This document shows positions 27,271-38,510 of a stretch of 64,000 nt of DNA, piece by piece. The position numbers and the translations under genes are program-made. Position 1 is the first letter of the stretch, and the number at the start of each line of letters is the position of its first letter. The stretch comes from the human T2T-CHM13v2.0 reference genome, Homo sapiens. The notes below the pieces were generated by a model. That model did not search any database, was not told the DNA's origin, and saw only the letters and a program-made list of their open reading frames with translations. The stretch lies in NCBI RefSeq assembly GCF_009914755.1, contig NC_060944.1. The stretch is one strand, 5' to 3'.

Positions 27271-28257
27271 TGAGAAAATCTGATTTGGCAAACAAATAAA
27301 TGAGCAACAAGAACAGCAAAACTAACTTGACAAAATGGGTCATTTAGTTTGGAAAGGGGTTTATTGTAGAATGCCTTTAAATAATAAACAACATTAAAAG
27401 ACTTAAACTATAATTTCATAAACAATTTTACAGAGACACATTTATTTCATCTAACATTGACCTTCTGTAATGTGTTGAATCTAAATTCTTAAGTTAAAGC
27501 ATAAAGTAGCATGGGGATTTTTACTTCATTTTCAAAGAAAACACAATATAATCTTTCATTTCATTTTCCTCAATGAATAAAATATTTGTCACTCTGTGTT
27601 ATAATGTGAGCGCTTCTAGTAATTTTTCATTTTTACCTGAGGTTTCTTTTTTACCCACTGCTAAGTTCATTTCTCAGGTCAGCAATAATGTTGGGATAAA
27701 TTCATAAATAGTTATTCTTTGAATGGTGAAAATAAAATGTGTTTTATTCATGAGTAAGTATAGTGTTTGCTTGTTGCTGATATTGTATTTGGGTTGAAAT
27801 ACATATTTTCTTTTTACTATTATCTATTTTAAATAATTCTGGAAATACAGTATGACAGATTTTAATCAGTAAAGCCTAGCATTGTATGAGGGTTTTTTTC
27901 TCTTTTCAAGATAGTGTATGTGAAAGCATACATCAATAATAATAAAAGTTGAATTCAGATGAAAATGCTTTGAAAATGGTCAACATATGCAAATGTAAGG
28001 TATTTTTATTATTGTTATTGTTATTCTTTGTCATTATTAAGGTATACTCGATAATGATGTTAGCTTGGTTTATAATTCAAGCATTAGGTAATAAAGACAA
28101 GGTACAGTTAATTCTGCATTGGAGACTCATATTAACAAACGTTTTTGGTAAGTCTATTTTAGTCATTTCATAGAGGGCTTTGCTGGAATTGTATTGCTTC
28201 AAATACTTGTTTTCAGTACTTTTACATTCTTGGAATACTTGCATTTAGATTTTTGTT

Positions 28258-28520
28258 AAGAGGCAGTATATGGTATGGTGGTTAAGAATGTGGTCTATAC
28301 CTATGGTGTCAAACTACCTGCATTCAAATATCACCCAAGCCACTTATTATCTGCAAGAGCTTGGACAAGTCATATAGCCATTTTATACCTGTGTTTCCTT
28401 ATCTGTGAAATGACAATAATAATAGCATTCAGTTTTGATGATCAAATGTGCTAGTTTCCCAGATGTGAAACATTAGAAGAATACCTGGTGTATAGTAAAA
28501 AATAAATGTCAGCAATGATT
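28258..28520 (+). mobile_element. MIR SINE
   Basis: GAGGCAGTATATGGTATGGTGGTTAAGAATGTG...GTTTCCTTATCTGTGAAATGACAATAATAATAG. Confidence 0.8.
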
Positions 28521-31264
28521 ATTTCTTACACAAGCCTGGTGAAAATTCAAGTTTACTGGTTATTAAATTGCATTGGTTCTGTTTGGGGTCTTCCTCATTA
28601 TGTTCAGAGATCAGCAATGCCCTGAGGTTTTTTTTTTTTTTTTTTTTGGCGGGGGGTCATATTTGCCTGATTATATCTCATCGTCAAGTAGAAACACTAA
28701 AATACATAATTCAAAACAAAGATTTGATCTTCAAAAGGGAAAGACAAAGCACCATCTCAAATTTGCTGTACCGAAGGGCCTGGCTCAGTGCCTGACACAT
28801 GGTAGGTGCTCTGCAGACCTGGGTCCACCCATGGATTATCTCTGCCCAGGATTCTGACCCATAAAAGGAAGGGCATTCTTTCCACATTCTTGGTAAATCT
28901 GTGTAGGATTCTTATCTTAAATGTAGTCTTTAACCTTAGGAGACTCAGAAACTTTGAAACTATAGTATTATGACTGAAATATTAAGCTTTTTAAAAACAC
29001 ATACTTTAGTTCATTTAGCTGTCTAATATTTTCTCTGTTCTTAAATTTGCAACCTTTTAAAATGTATGGTTTTAAATTACATAGTGGATTATTCAGGTAC
29101 TCATCTAACATTTAAAATGTAAACAGTGCAAATTTTTCTTAAAGGCAAGAAGCAGGGGATTATCATATGTGAAAGGGAGTAGAAATATGATCTTTTTATT
29201 CTTGCTTGCCTAGATTTTGCAGTTTTAATCAAATTGGCATTTAAAAATACTGGGCTCTATCTGTTAAGAACTGTCTGTTGTTTATAGAGATTTTTAGGTG
29301 TAAATTATCTAGCCAGATGTTTAAGCACCAAAGGGAAACAAGTTAAATACAATTAACCCAGTCTTCATTTATCAAGTAGTTAATTCTCAGCGGTAGGCCA
29401 CAAAATCAGTCTTTTGATCCCAATAATATATATAGGTATAACTATTTAGATAACATAAAATGAAAGTTACAAAGCCTTATTTTGAAACTCTTTAAGCTTG
29501 GCCAAATTAGGGAACATTTTATTCAATATAGGTGGCTTCCCAAATTTTGGTTACTGATTGCCTTTGTCATTGCCTTTAGGACAACTGTAGACTTTGTGGA
29601 TATTGGAACAGATATAATAATTGTACTGTAATTTCCCACCAGGTAAATCACATAATTATTATGGGAGTATGAAAATATCTGAGAACAGGGACAGGGTGGG
29701 GGTGTGTGGGATACATACACATATGCATGCAGTATAAAAATAAGATTGCAAAATGTTGCATCATTTCAGTTGCTCAACTGCAGCTCAACTCAACTCTTGC
29801 ATAGTCCCCTATAACATTGTGTTAGTGTGGAATTTAGGTACATTTTAATATGTTTCATATGCTATGAGGTCGGACCTCCCTAAAACAATAGTCTTAGGAT
29901 CTATAAAGTTCTTAAAACTCATCTGATTATGGTGAGTTTTTAAACATTTTGCATAATTTTTTAAATTCTAAAAGTATTATGAAATGACAGAAGGTTTGGG
30001 TTTGGGAAACAAAGGGAGGAAAAAAATCAGCTACTACTTAACAAAAATCATTTGTACCTTGCTCTATATCTAAATCTATATCTACATCCCATTGTACTTT
30101 CAGGCTTGTACTTTATTTCTTCTATGCACCTACAGTGAAGTTTTAAATATTCTGGGCTCTGTGTATAAAGGTTCTGAGTTCTTCAGTATTCCTGAGAAGG
30201 AGCTTAAAAATACTGTGATTTTTATAAGTCGCATTAGAGACCTAGGAAATCATTCCAAAACATTAATTTTGAGCCAAATTTCTAATAGGGTATTAAAAAC
30301 AGGGGTATAGTGGAAATTGTATTAAATAAGAATCAGGAGTTTATGTTCAAGTCGCACTTCTGACAACATGAGTTCTATCAGTTGAAGTATGTTTGCGATA
30401 CATGAATGTATATGAGAAATACACATATACAGTCAAGAGAATAAGCAATGATTCATACGCATTCCCCAGAACCATGCTTTATGCTTAAACAAGATTTATG
30501 GACTTGTTTTCTTGGGCTTGCATTTCCCTGTGAGAGAGTATTTTACGGTGGGCTGGAAGGTGTTTCTGTTTCTCTTGGTTAACATATATGGGGAGCAACA
30601 GAAGGTAACAGGAATGATTGAGAGGGAGACAAAGAGACCTTGGGAAGGGTGGATGAGAGCAGTGGGGAGGAAGAAAGAAGGGTAAGGATCCAATTATTTA
30701 CTTGACATCTATTTGCAACTCTATTAAGTATGGAGATAAAAAGAGAGATGGGTATTAAGGGGACAAAACACAGTGGAGATTTTAGCTACCCCCAGTGTTT
30801 TCCTCTGGCTCACTGACTTCCAGTTATCCTCTTTCTTTGCTTATTGTTACATGTTTTTGGATATCAAAGAGAGTATCCTAAAATAACTTTGATACAGTTA
30901 ATGATCTTAGTGGAATGATAGGAGTTTTAAAAAAGAACAAAGAGCATTCCATTTGTATTATAGAACAATTAAATAAAAATCCACTTACAGCCATAAGTTG
31001 CAAATTTTTAAACATATATCATTTACTTATCTAGCTCATTTTTACCTCATCTGCCTATGTAAACCCATCGTTATTCTAAGTCTCCCTTAATAAACTAAGA
31101 TTTCCTTCTTACTCTAATATTTGAGATCTAAGTACAATCCAAATGTCAGAGGTTATTGTTGTTGTTATTATTTCCACCATGGAGACCTCCGATTTTCTAA
31201 TAAAATATTTTTATAAATTTTACTCAACACAAATTAGTTTACTTTTCATGCTGTCTCCAAAAGT

Positions 31265-31500
31265 GAGGAAGTAGAGTAGTTAAGAGTCATAAATTCGGAG
31301 CCTGAGTTTTGGGGTTTGATGTAACTCCACACCTAACTAACTGTGTGACCTTGAGCAAATTACTTCAACCTTCTGCCCTTTCATTTCTTGGTCTATAAAA
31401 TGATGACAATTATAGTAATTTTCTCATAATGCTGTTATGAGGCTTAAATTAGTTAACTTGGGGTAAGTGCTTAAAACAGTACTTAGAACACATAGCTCTT
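31265..31500 (+). mobile_element. MIR SINE
   Basis: CTAACTGTGTGACCTTGAGCAAATTACTTCAACC. Confidence 0.8.
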
Positions 31501-31507
31501 CATATTT

Positions 31508-31682
31508 CAGTGGTTCTCCACGTTGGTGACACATTAGAATCACCTGGGGAGTTGGTGCTCACCTCACCCATTAAATCAGAATCTTTGGGGGTGGGGCCCA
31601 GTACTGGGAGCAATTGAAATTGGGAGCAATTATTGAAATTGCTGAGGTGATTCCAGTGAGCAGCCAGCGTTGGGAACGATGG
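31508..31682. mobile_element. MER5A hAT-Charlie MITE
   Basis: CAGTGGTTCTC...CACATTAGAATCACCTGGGGAG...AAATCAGAATCTTTGGGGGTGGGGCCCAG...AGGTGATTCCAGTGAGCAGCCAGCGTTGGGAAC. Confidence 0.85.
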
Positions 31683-31704
31683 CCGTAAATGGCTGTAATT
31701 ATCC

Positions 31705-31830
31705 TGCTGACTAAATTATAAACTTCCTGAGGGCAGGGAGTCCATTACTTCTTTTTATACATCCTTCCTAGTGCAGCTAGCACAGTGCCTTACTTGTAAC
31801 TAATGCTCATTAAATACTATCAATGAAAGA
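31705..31830 (+). mobile_element. L2 3' end
   Basis: CTAAATTATAAACTTCCTGAGGGCAGGGA...CTAGCACAGTGCCT...TGCTCATTAAATAC. Confidence 0.8.
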
Positions 31831-32077
31831 AAACATGTTGATGATATTTTAGATGTGTAAAGACCTTGCAGGACCACAGAGGTGCTAATTTTAAGCATTA
31901 ATTATTCATTCCCTCATTTATTCATTTATATGTGCTACACACTTTGGAGTCTTGATGCTAAACACTGCAGGCATATATGATTTGAAAATGCAATCCCTGT
32001 TCCAAAGAGTTTATAATTTAGTATGAATAAATGCATACATGACTTTAATAGAAGGGAAACTAACCATGTATAAGTGC

Positions 32078-32542
32078 TGTGTTACAATTTAGGTTCCCTT
32101 GGAGGCTGTCTCTAAGATGGAGCATGCAGAGCGTTTGTTTGGAAGTGCTCTTGAGAATAACACCTCTGCGTGTGCTGGGGAAAGGGAAAGCTATGGAACC
32201 ATTGAAATATGAAATAATTGGGCAGGGAAAGAAGTTAGGTTTTGATGCATTCCAAGTGAAGTTTTCAGCTAACCCCACAGGAGCTCTGGGGCTGGGGTGA
32301 CTCTTCAGAGTCTTAAGTTGGGCTGCAGGGGGCCAGGTTTTTATTCCTGCATATTGATCAGTGCTTGGATACAGCTGTCACTGGAAGTAGTGACCTTGGA
32401 TGAGGCATGTTTCTTTAGCAGAAGCAATTCCCAGATACAAGTGACAGCTCAGGGTGCCCTCTGGCAGTTCTTCCCCGGATAGGGGAATAAGTCCTTCATT
32501 CCTAAAGGAGGATTCGAGTGGAGTGTCACCGCGTCCATCACA
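32078..32542 (-). mobile_element. ERVL solo LTR (LTR16A-like), inserted in an antisense L2 (about 31900-33250)
   Basis: TG...CA ends; reverse complement resembles the LTRs at 40136 and 44437. Confidence 0.75.
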
Positions 32543-35482
32543 TGCAACAAGAGATAAACGAACAAAAAAAATTATCCTGGCTAAAAGAAGAGAGATCACA
32601 TTTATTTAGATGGGGAGGATAAGAGTTAGGGTGAATTGGGAATTACTTTTTCAAATGGATGCCATTACAATTTGATATTTAAGGATGGGTGAGATTTCAA
32701 GAGGCTGAAATGAGGTGCAAGGTGTTCCTGGTATAGGAAACAATAGAGGTAATGGTGGGGAGGTATGAAGTATAGATTTGTGGAGAAGCCCATGGGTCTA
32801 GAAGCTCAGGCTAAGCAGCTTAGGCATAATTTGGTTGACTTTCAGGAGCAGGGAAGAATATGTGCCAGTGTGTATTAGAAAGATTAGCCTGGTAGCAATA
32901 TGGAGACATAGGTGGGGCAGAGCTTGCAATCAGGAAGATTAGGTAACAAGCCAATGAAATAAACTACACTAAGGATCAATGCAAGAAGAAAATGCATGAG
33001 AAAGGCAGGAAAGCAGAGAACTGCAAAGAGCTGAGTGGATGCAGGAGGCAGTGTAGATGTACGTGGGACAGGTATGACAGCAGACAAAATGTTTCTATGT
33101 ATGTAAGGTGGTGTGAGTGGTCAGTCACCAGGGGATAGCCTAGTGAAGAGAGGCACAGTGATAGAGAAGAGAGCCAGAAAGAGCAGTGGCTTTGATCCAT
33201 TATCCGCAAAGGAAGAGACAAGTGTGACCAAGGTTTTTATAGAGCATTGAGTGTGCATGAAGGTAGATTACTCATGTTGATTTGAATCCTGTTTTCTTGT
33301 ATTACTATCTGGGACTTTCTTGGCAATGTCAGAACATTCTGTCATGGCCATATAAACAGCACGTATGTGGTCTGAGCCCAGTCATGTTGGAGCACTGTGC
33401 TAGATGGTACTAGGCAAAGCTATGAAATGACTAATATTTGTTCTAAAAATGCTAGTCATCAGTGTTTTCACTTTCTAGCCATCCCTTCCAGGCCTTTAGA
33501 GTACTCATCCACCTTCTATCTTCCTTCTTCCCTGTCAAAAATGGTCGCTTATACCACAGTGATGGTTTCTCCAATTATATGTCATCTATTCCTGAAGTAT
33601 CTGTAGTCATAGGATTCAATTCAAATTCTCTTTAAATGAATTTTGGTGAATAATATTATTTTGAGCAAGTGGGCTTCTGAGCCCCTGGAAATGATGTTAA
33701 GTGTAAGGCCACCCTCGGTGATTTAATTTTGAGGGCCAGTATTTTCAGGATTTGAACAAAGTGGAAAATTAAGTGATTTTTGCGGCTTCTTAACCTTGGA
33801 AGGAGGTCCTGGAATGATATAAATACTGCCTTCTAGGGGACTCAGCTGTGGGACATTGTATGACTTAATATTGTTTTAATTTCTTTTTTCTCCTCTCTGT
33901 CACAAAAATGAGATGGATGAACTGATCATCCCATAATTTTTCATTATGAAAGAACTTTTCCTACTTCATCTTAATGTCTAGGGTATTTCATTTAAGAACA
34001 GCTTAAATGAGCCCTCTTTCAAAATAAGCTGTCCTGTAATACCATTAGTTCCCAGCTAGTCACTTTGTGAAGTCACAGAACTGTGTACAATCTCTCTTTT
34101 GATTCTAAAACCTTGGGAGAAAGTAATTGAAGTATAGACACTTGAGAGTCTCAATTTTATTGCTTTGCAAAGAAATTTCAATTTAGAGTTTATCTAGGTT
34201 ACAGTCCCCAAATATTTCTCAAGGAGGATAAATCAAATTTGTTGGAGAGTTCCTAGTCATGTGTCATTCAGTCCTATTACCTGAACTGCCTTGTTTGACA
34301 TTGTCAGTTGGAACACTCTCTTGGCTATGATTAGAACTCAACCTTGGTTTGGGTGACAACTCACTCTTCTTGCTTGTTTCTCTCTTTCTCGCTTTTAACT
34401 CCGAGATTCAACATAGTTCTTTGAAATGATTTATGTTTCATCCTAAGTCATTAGTGTGTGCTTCCAAGTGGCCAATCTTTCCTCCTTTGTTGGTTAATGT
34501 TTATAGGAAACCTCTTGGAGTAATGACTCACTGTGATACTTCATCACTTGCCTGCCTCCTTATATTTGAGACTTTACCCTTCTTTGCATCTTTAAAACAT
34601 ATTCTGCTCTCTCAGTGGTGAATATGATTCTATGCCTGCTCTATGGGTAAACACAAACCATTCTCTATGTATTAGGAAAGATAAATGTGTGCCACTCTCC
34701 TCTGTTTTTCTGCAAGAAATGTTCTTTTATCTGCAGACTAAGAAACCATATACAAAACTCATCTAGGTTGCTTCACAGATGATTATTCATCATTAGAGTA
34801 TTAGAAATCAAATGAAAGGATAATATGTAACTACTTTTAAGAAGTAGTTCTCCTTTTAAAATAACTAGCTCACTCAAGTACTTCTATTTTTTAATGCTAC
34901 TTTCCTTACTCAGTAAGAGTCAAGACACTATGAGACTCTGCGAAATTTGAATTCTGCTTGTTACCGAAACCCTGAGCCCTTATAGATGATGTTAGAGAGC
35001 ACCTTTTCCAAATTCCTTCAGGCGAAGCCTCGCAATCATGAAAGAGGGGAGAGGAATGCTTTGGTGGTTATTTGTGCAGGTGATAATTTGTACAGAACTA
35101 GACTTCAGAGTCTTGGAGCTGAAGGGAGTCACAAAGGAAGGTTTCTTCAATCTCTCTTCTTTTGCGGAAAGAAGGATGTCATCCTGACTAAAGTCATAAA
35201 GCAACTAGCAACCTGAGTAATTGAATGATTTAACCAAAGCTCACTTTAATGGGTCTGCGGTCCACACCTGCCCTCCAATCCCCATGAATTTTTTTTTTCA
35301 TCAATGTATCCCAAGCAGCTAAAATAATGCCTGGCACTTAGAAGGCCCTATTTGCTCATTTACTGAATGGATGAATTGATGAGCTGAGCTAAGGGAAAAA
35401 GGAATTCAAAATAGCAGTTGCTTTCCTCTTAGGCAGTGTTTTTTCCACCACCTAGCTATACCTTATCTTGTTTGTGTGTTTT

Positions 35483-35718
35483 GAGAGGCAGCATAGTAGA
35501 ATGCTCAAATACAGATGTTTTGGAAAAGAACTGCCTATGTTCAAATTTCTGCAGTGTAATCTTCAACAAATTACTTACCTCTCAATTTTCCTGTGTTAGA
35601 GATAATTATAGAACAATGTCTCTTAGGATTGCTGTGAGGATTACCCGAGTTAACTTGGGAAAAGTACTTAAAATGATACCTAGTATATTGTTGGCACTCA
35701 ATCTGTGTTAGCTGCTAT
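35483..35718 (+). mobile_element. MIR SINE
   Basis: GAGAGGCAGCATAGTAGAATG...TTAGGATTGCTGTGAGGATTA...GGCACTCAA. Confidence 0.8.
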
Positions 35719-36499
35719 ATCGGGAATGGGCAGTCAGTGGCATGTGGTGTAACGCACAGGGTTCCTCCCTGGAGGCAAGTCTGGAACTTGACAAGCTCCT
35801 CTGAAACAAGGTGGAATCATGGGGTTTCAGCGTGGGGTGCTGAAGACTTGCACTATGCAGCTCTCCTCACATGCCACATTGAGTCCCAGATTTCTGCAAC
35901 CACAGAAGTTTAAGAGAAGCTTTGCTGAAAGTTTGAAACCAGTGTGAATACATTCATATGGTAAATAACAGAGCCTCTGAAAAGGAGACAATGAGATGCC
36001 CAAGAAATTCTATGGGCTTTAGTGCCACCCAAATAGAATGTCTTTATTGGCTCAGCTGCTCATTAGCTGCCTGTCCTGGCAAAACTATTCAAATCCTTAG
36101 AACCTTAGTTTTCTTACTTGTAAATTTAATTAAAAAATACTTCTTGTATAAAATATGAAATAACAGGTACATGTAAAGTGCTAAGTGTATCATAGAGATG
36201 TAATAAATGATAAGCCCTTAAAATAACGATCATAGCCATAAAAATCCAAGGGATTGGAAAAAGCAATGCACATACTATGTAAAGATATCATTATTTCATT
36301 TGCTTGCTTCTTCAGAAAGTAACAAGGTGGTTTCTAGGCAGTCAGTGCCATGCAAGTATTTTGTCTCAGGAGCCTTTGTTCTTGAAATTTTTATCCATGA
36401 ACTCTGTTAAAATTATACCATGACTTCAAAGTCATCTCTGATTCCAAAGCCTCCCTCTAACTAGGCTGCTTGCAGGAGACTTTGGTGTCTTTCTTCAGT

Positions 36500-36861
36500 A
36501 GAAGAAGAAAGAAAGAGAGAGGAAGAAAAGGAAGGAAGGGAGGGAGTGAGGGAGGGAAGGAAGGAAGGAGGGGGGAGGAAGGAAGGAGGAAAGGAGGGAA
36601 GGAAGGAAGGGAGGGAGGGAGGAAGGGAAGGGAAAGGAGGGGAGGGGAAGGGAGGGGAGGAAGGAAGGAAAGAAGGAAGGAAGGAAGAATGGGAGGGGAG
36701 GGGAGGGTGGAAGGAAGGAAGGAGGGAGGGGAGGAAGGAAGGAGGAAAGGAAGGAAGGAGGGAGGGGAGGAAGGAAGGAGGAAAGGAGGGAAGGAGGGAG
36801 GGAAGGAAGGAAGGAAAGAAGGGAGGGAGGGAGGGGAAGGGAGGGAAAAGAAAAAAAGGAG
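36500..36861. repeat. Polypurine (GGAA/GGAG/GGGA)n low-complexity tract with a 36-bp higher-order unit
   Basis: About 360 bp almost purely A/G on the + strand. Confidence 0.97.
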
Positions 36862-37013
36862 TATAGAGATAACTAGGCATAATGGACATCAAGGCCAATT
36901 TTGTCACCCATTTGTATTCCCTATTTTTCCCTTTCTTTTGGAGCTTATTGATAATGAGGTGTTTCATCTGACTTTTGTGAGTGAAATATGGCTGTTATCA
37001 ATCCATACTACCT

Positions 37014-37340
37014 TGTAAGATGACTGGCCAGCTTAGTCTGCAATAACAAACAACTGCAGAATCTCAGCGCTTAAATCAACAACAAAAGGTTATTTCTTGT
37101 TCGTGCTATGATTCCACTATTGATTAGATGGGAGCTCTGTGCTGCTTCATGCTTATTCAGCCAATAGAGCCTCCACTGTCTGAAATGTTGCTAGTGGCCA
37201 TCATGGGTGAGGGAAGATAGCAAATTATGATCTGGCTTTTAACACATATCTTTGTCTAAAAGACTATGTGGCCCTGACATTTGTCACTTTGAGACAGGAA
37301 GTAGGCTGGAAGAGGAATGTGTCAAATATTTGGTGACCAG
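37014..37340 (-). mobile_element. Old MaLR LTR (MLT1J/L-like)
   Basis: TGCAATAACAAACAACTGCAGAATCTCAGCGCTTAAATCAACAACAAAAGGTTATTTCTTGTTC. Confidence 0.7.
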
Positions 37341-37346
37341 AAAGTT

Positions 37347-37718
37347 GAGTAGTCATTATTTGGGATTCCCGTCTATTCTGGTTCTCTTCTTCTGCATACA
37401 TGGTAGGGTTGCACTTTGATGCCCATTTGAATTAGCCATTGGCCAGTGAAGTGTGCATAAGGATGATGTGCCACTTCCATGTTGAAGCTTCAAAATCTAG
37501 TGTGCAGTTTGGAATATTCTTTCCTCCTGTCCAAGTGACCCATATGTTTATGGCTCTGTCAGTCTGGGTTTTTGAATGAAGACAAGGTGGAGTAGATTGC
37601 TCCCACCAACCTAAGATGGATGCGTACTATGAGCAAGAAATAATAGATTTGTGTTCTGTCATTGAGATTTGAATGTTGTTTGGTCTGGAACATATCCTAG
37701 CTTATTCTAACCAATTCT
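37347..37718 (+). mobile_element. Old MaLR LTR (MLT1I-like), head-to-head with the previous LTR
   Basis: ATGAGCAAGAAATAATAGATTTGTGTTCTGTCATTGAGATTTGAATGTTGTTTG...CCTAGCTTATTCTAACCAAT. Confidence 0.7.
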
Positions 37719-38284
37719 GATAGGGAACATATTAGGATAAATTTCCAAAAGTTAAAAAAAAAGTTTTCTTTTGTTTATCTAGATATATATCTCCTCAAAT
37801 TTAATGAGCCCAGAGGCAATTTTTCAGTATCATAGGGAGAAAAAAATTACGTAGGCTCCTTTGATTGGTTCACTTGATTAGTGGTAGGGGTGCTGGTGTT
37901 AGTAAGAGGTCATATTTGGGAACAAGGAGCTGTCTATATTAATTATAGCTGCAGGATGTGGTTGGGCTGTCAACTTCTTTTCTGCTAGACAGAAAACATA
38001 ATTTAGGGATCCATCACAAATACATTTATCCTAATGACAGGATATCGGAGAGCACATGATTTTCATACACACTGTCTTTCCTTTCTACTTTTTCTTTAAT
38101 TTAAATGAGTTTATTATATACTTAGATATTTTAAAGGGAAGATTCTTAATTTCTTAGCTTTGTTTTATAGAAATCAATGAAGAAAGGAGGGTATTATTGG
38201 CAAGTGGGAAAACAATAGGTTTGTATTCCAAGCAGATGGTTTGTGGACCTCAAAGATTTCACATTCTCTATCAGTCCTGAAAAT

Positions 38285-38510
38285 TAGACAGAGTTATGAA
38301 ATCAAGTACAGAGCGTACTACTGATTCGCTGTGTGACCTTGGGCAAGGCACTTAATCACTTTAGATCTTAGTTTCCTCATTTTAAAAATGAGGATAATAA
38401 TACTGGCATAAGTCACAGGGATGTTGTGTGGATAAACTAATTAATGATTGTAAAATGCTTTGAAAGTGCAAAGCGTTGTATAATTGTTAGGTGCTATTAT
38501 TAAGAAGTAT
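38285..38510 (+). mobile_element. MIR SINE
   Basis: GCTGTGTGACCTTGGGCAAGGCACTTAATCAC...AGTTTCCTCATTTTAAAAATGAGGATAATAATA. Confidence 0.85.

Noticed and set aside
36655-36720. EWSR1-FLI1-type GGAA microsatellite enhancer
   Set aside because: Uninterrupted GGAA runs are only about 3-4 units, much shorter than typical responsive arrays
36461-37018. Longest ORFs in the window (168, 182 and 106 aa)
   Set aside because: Translation of the A/G low-complexity tract, which lacks stop codons by composition
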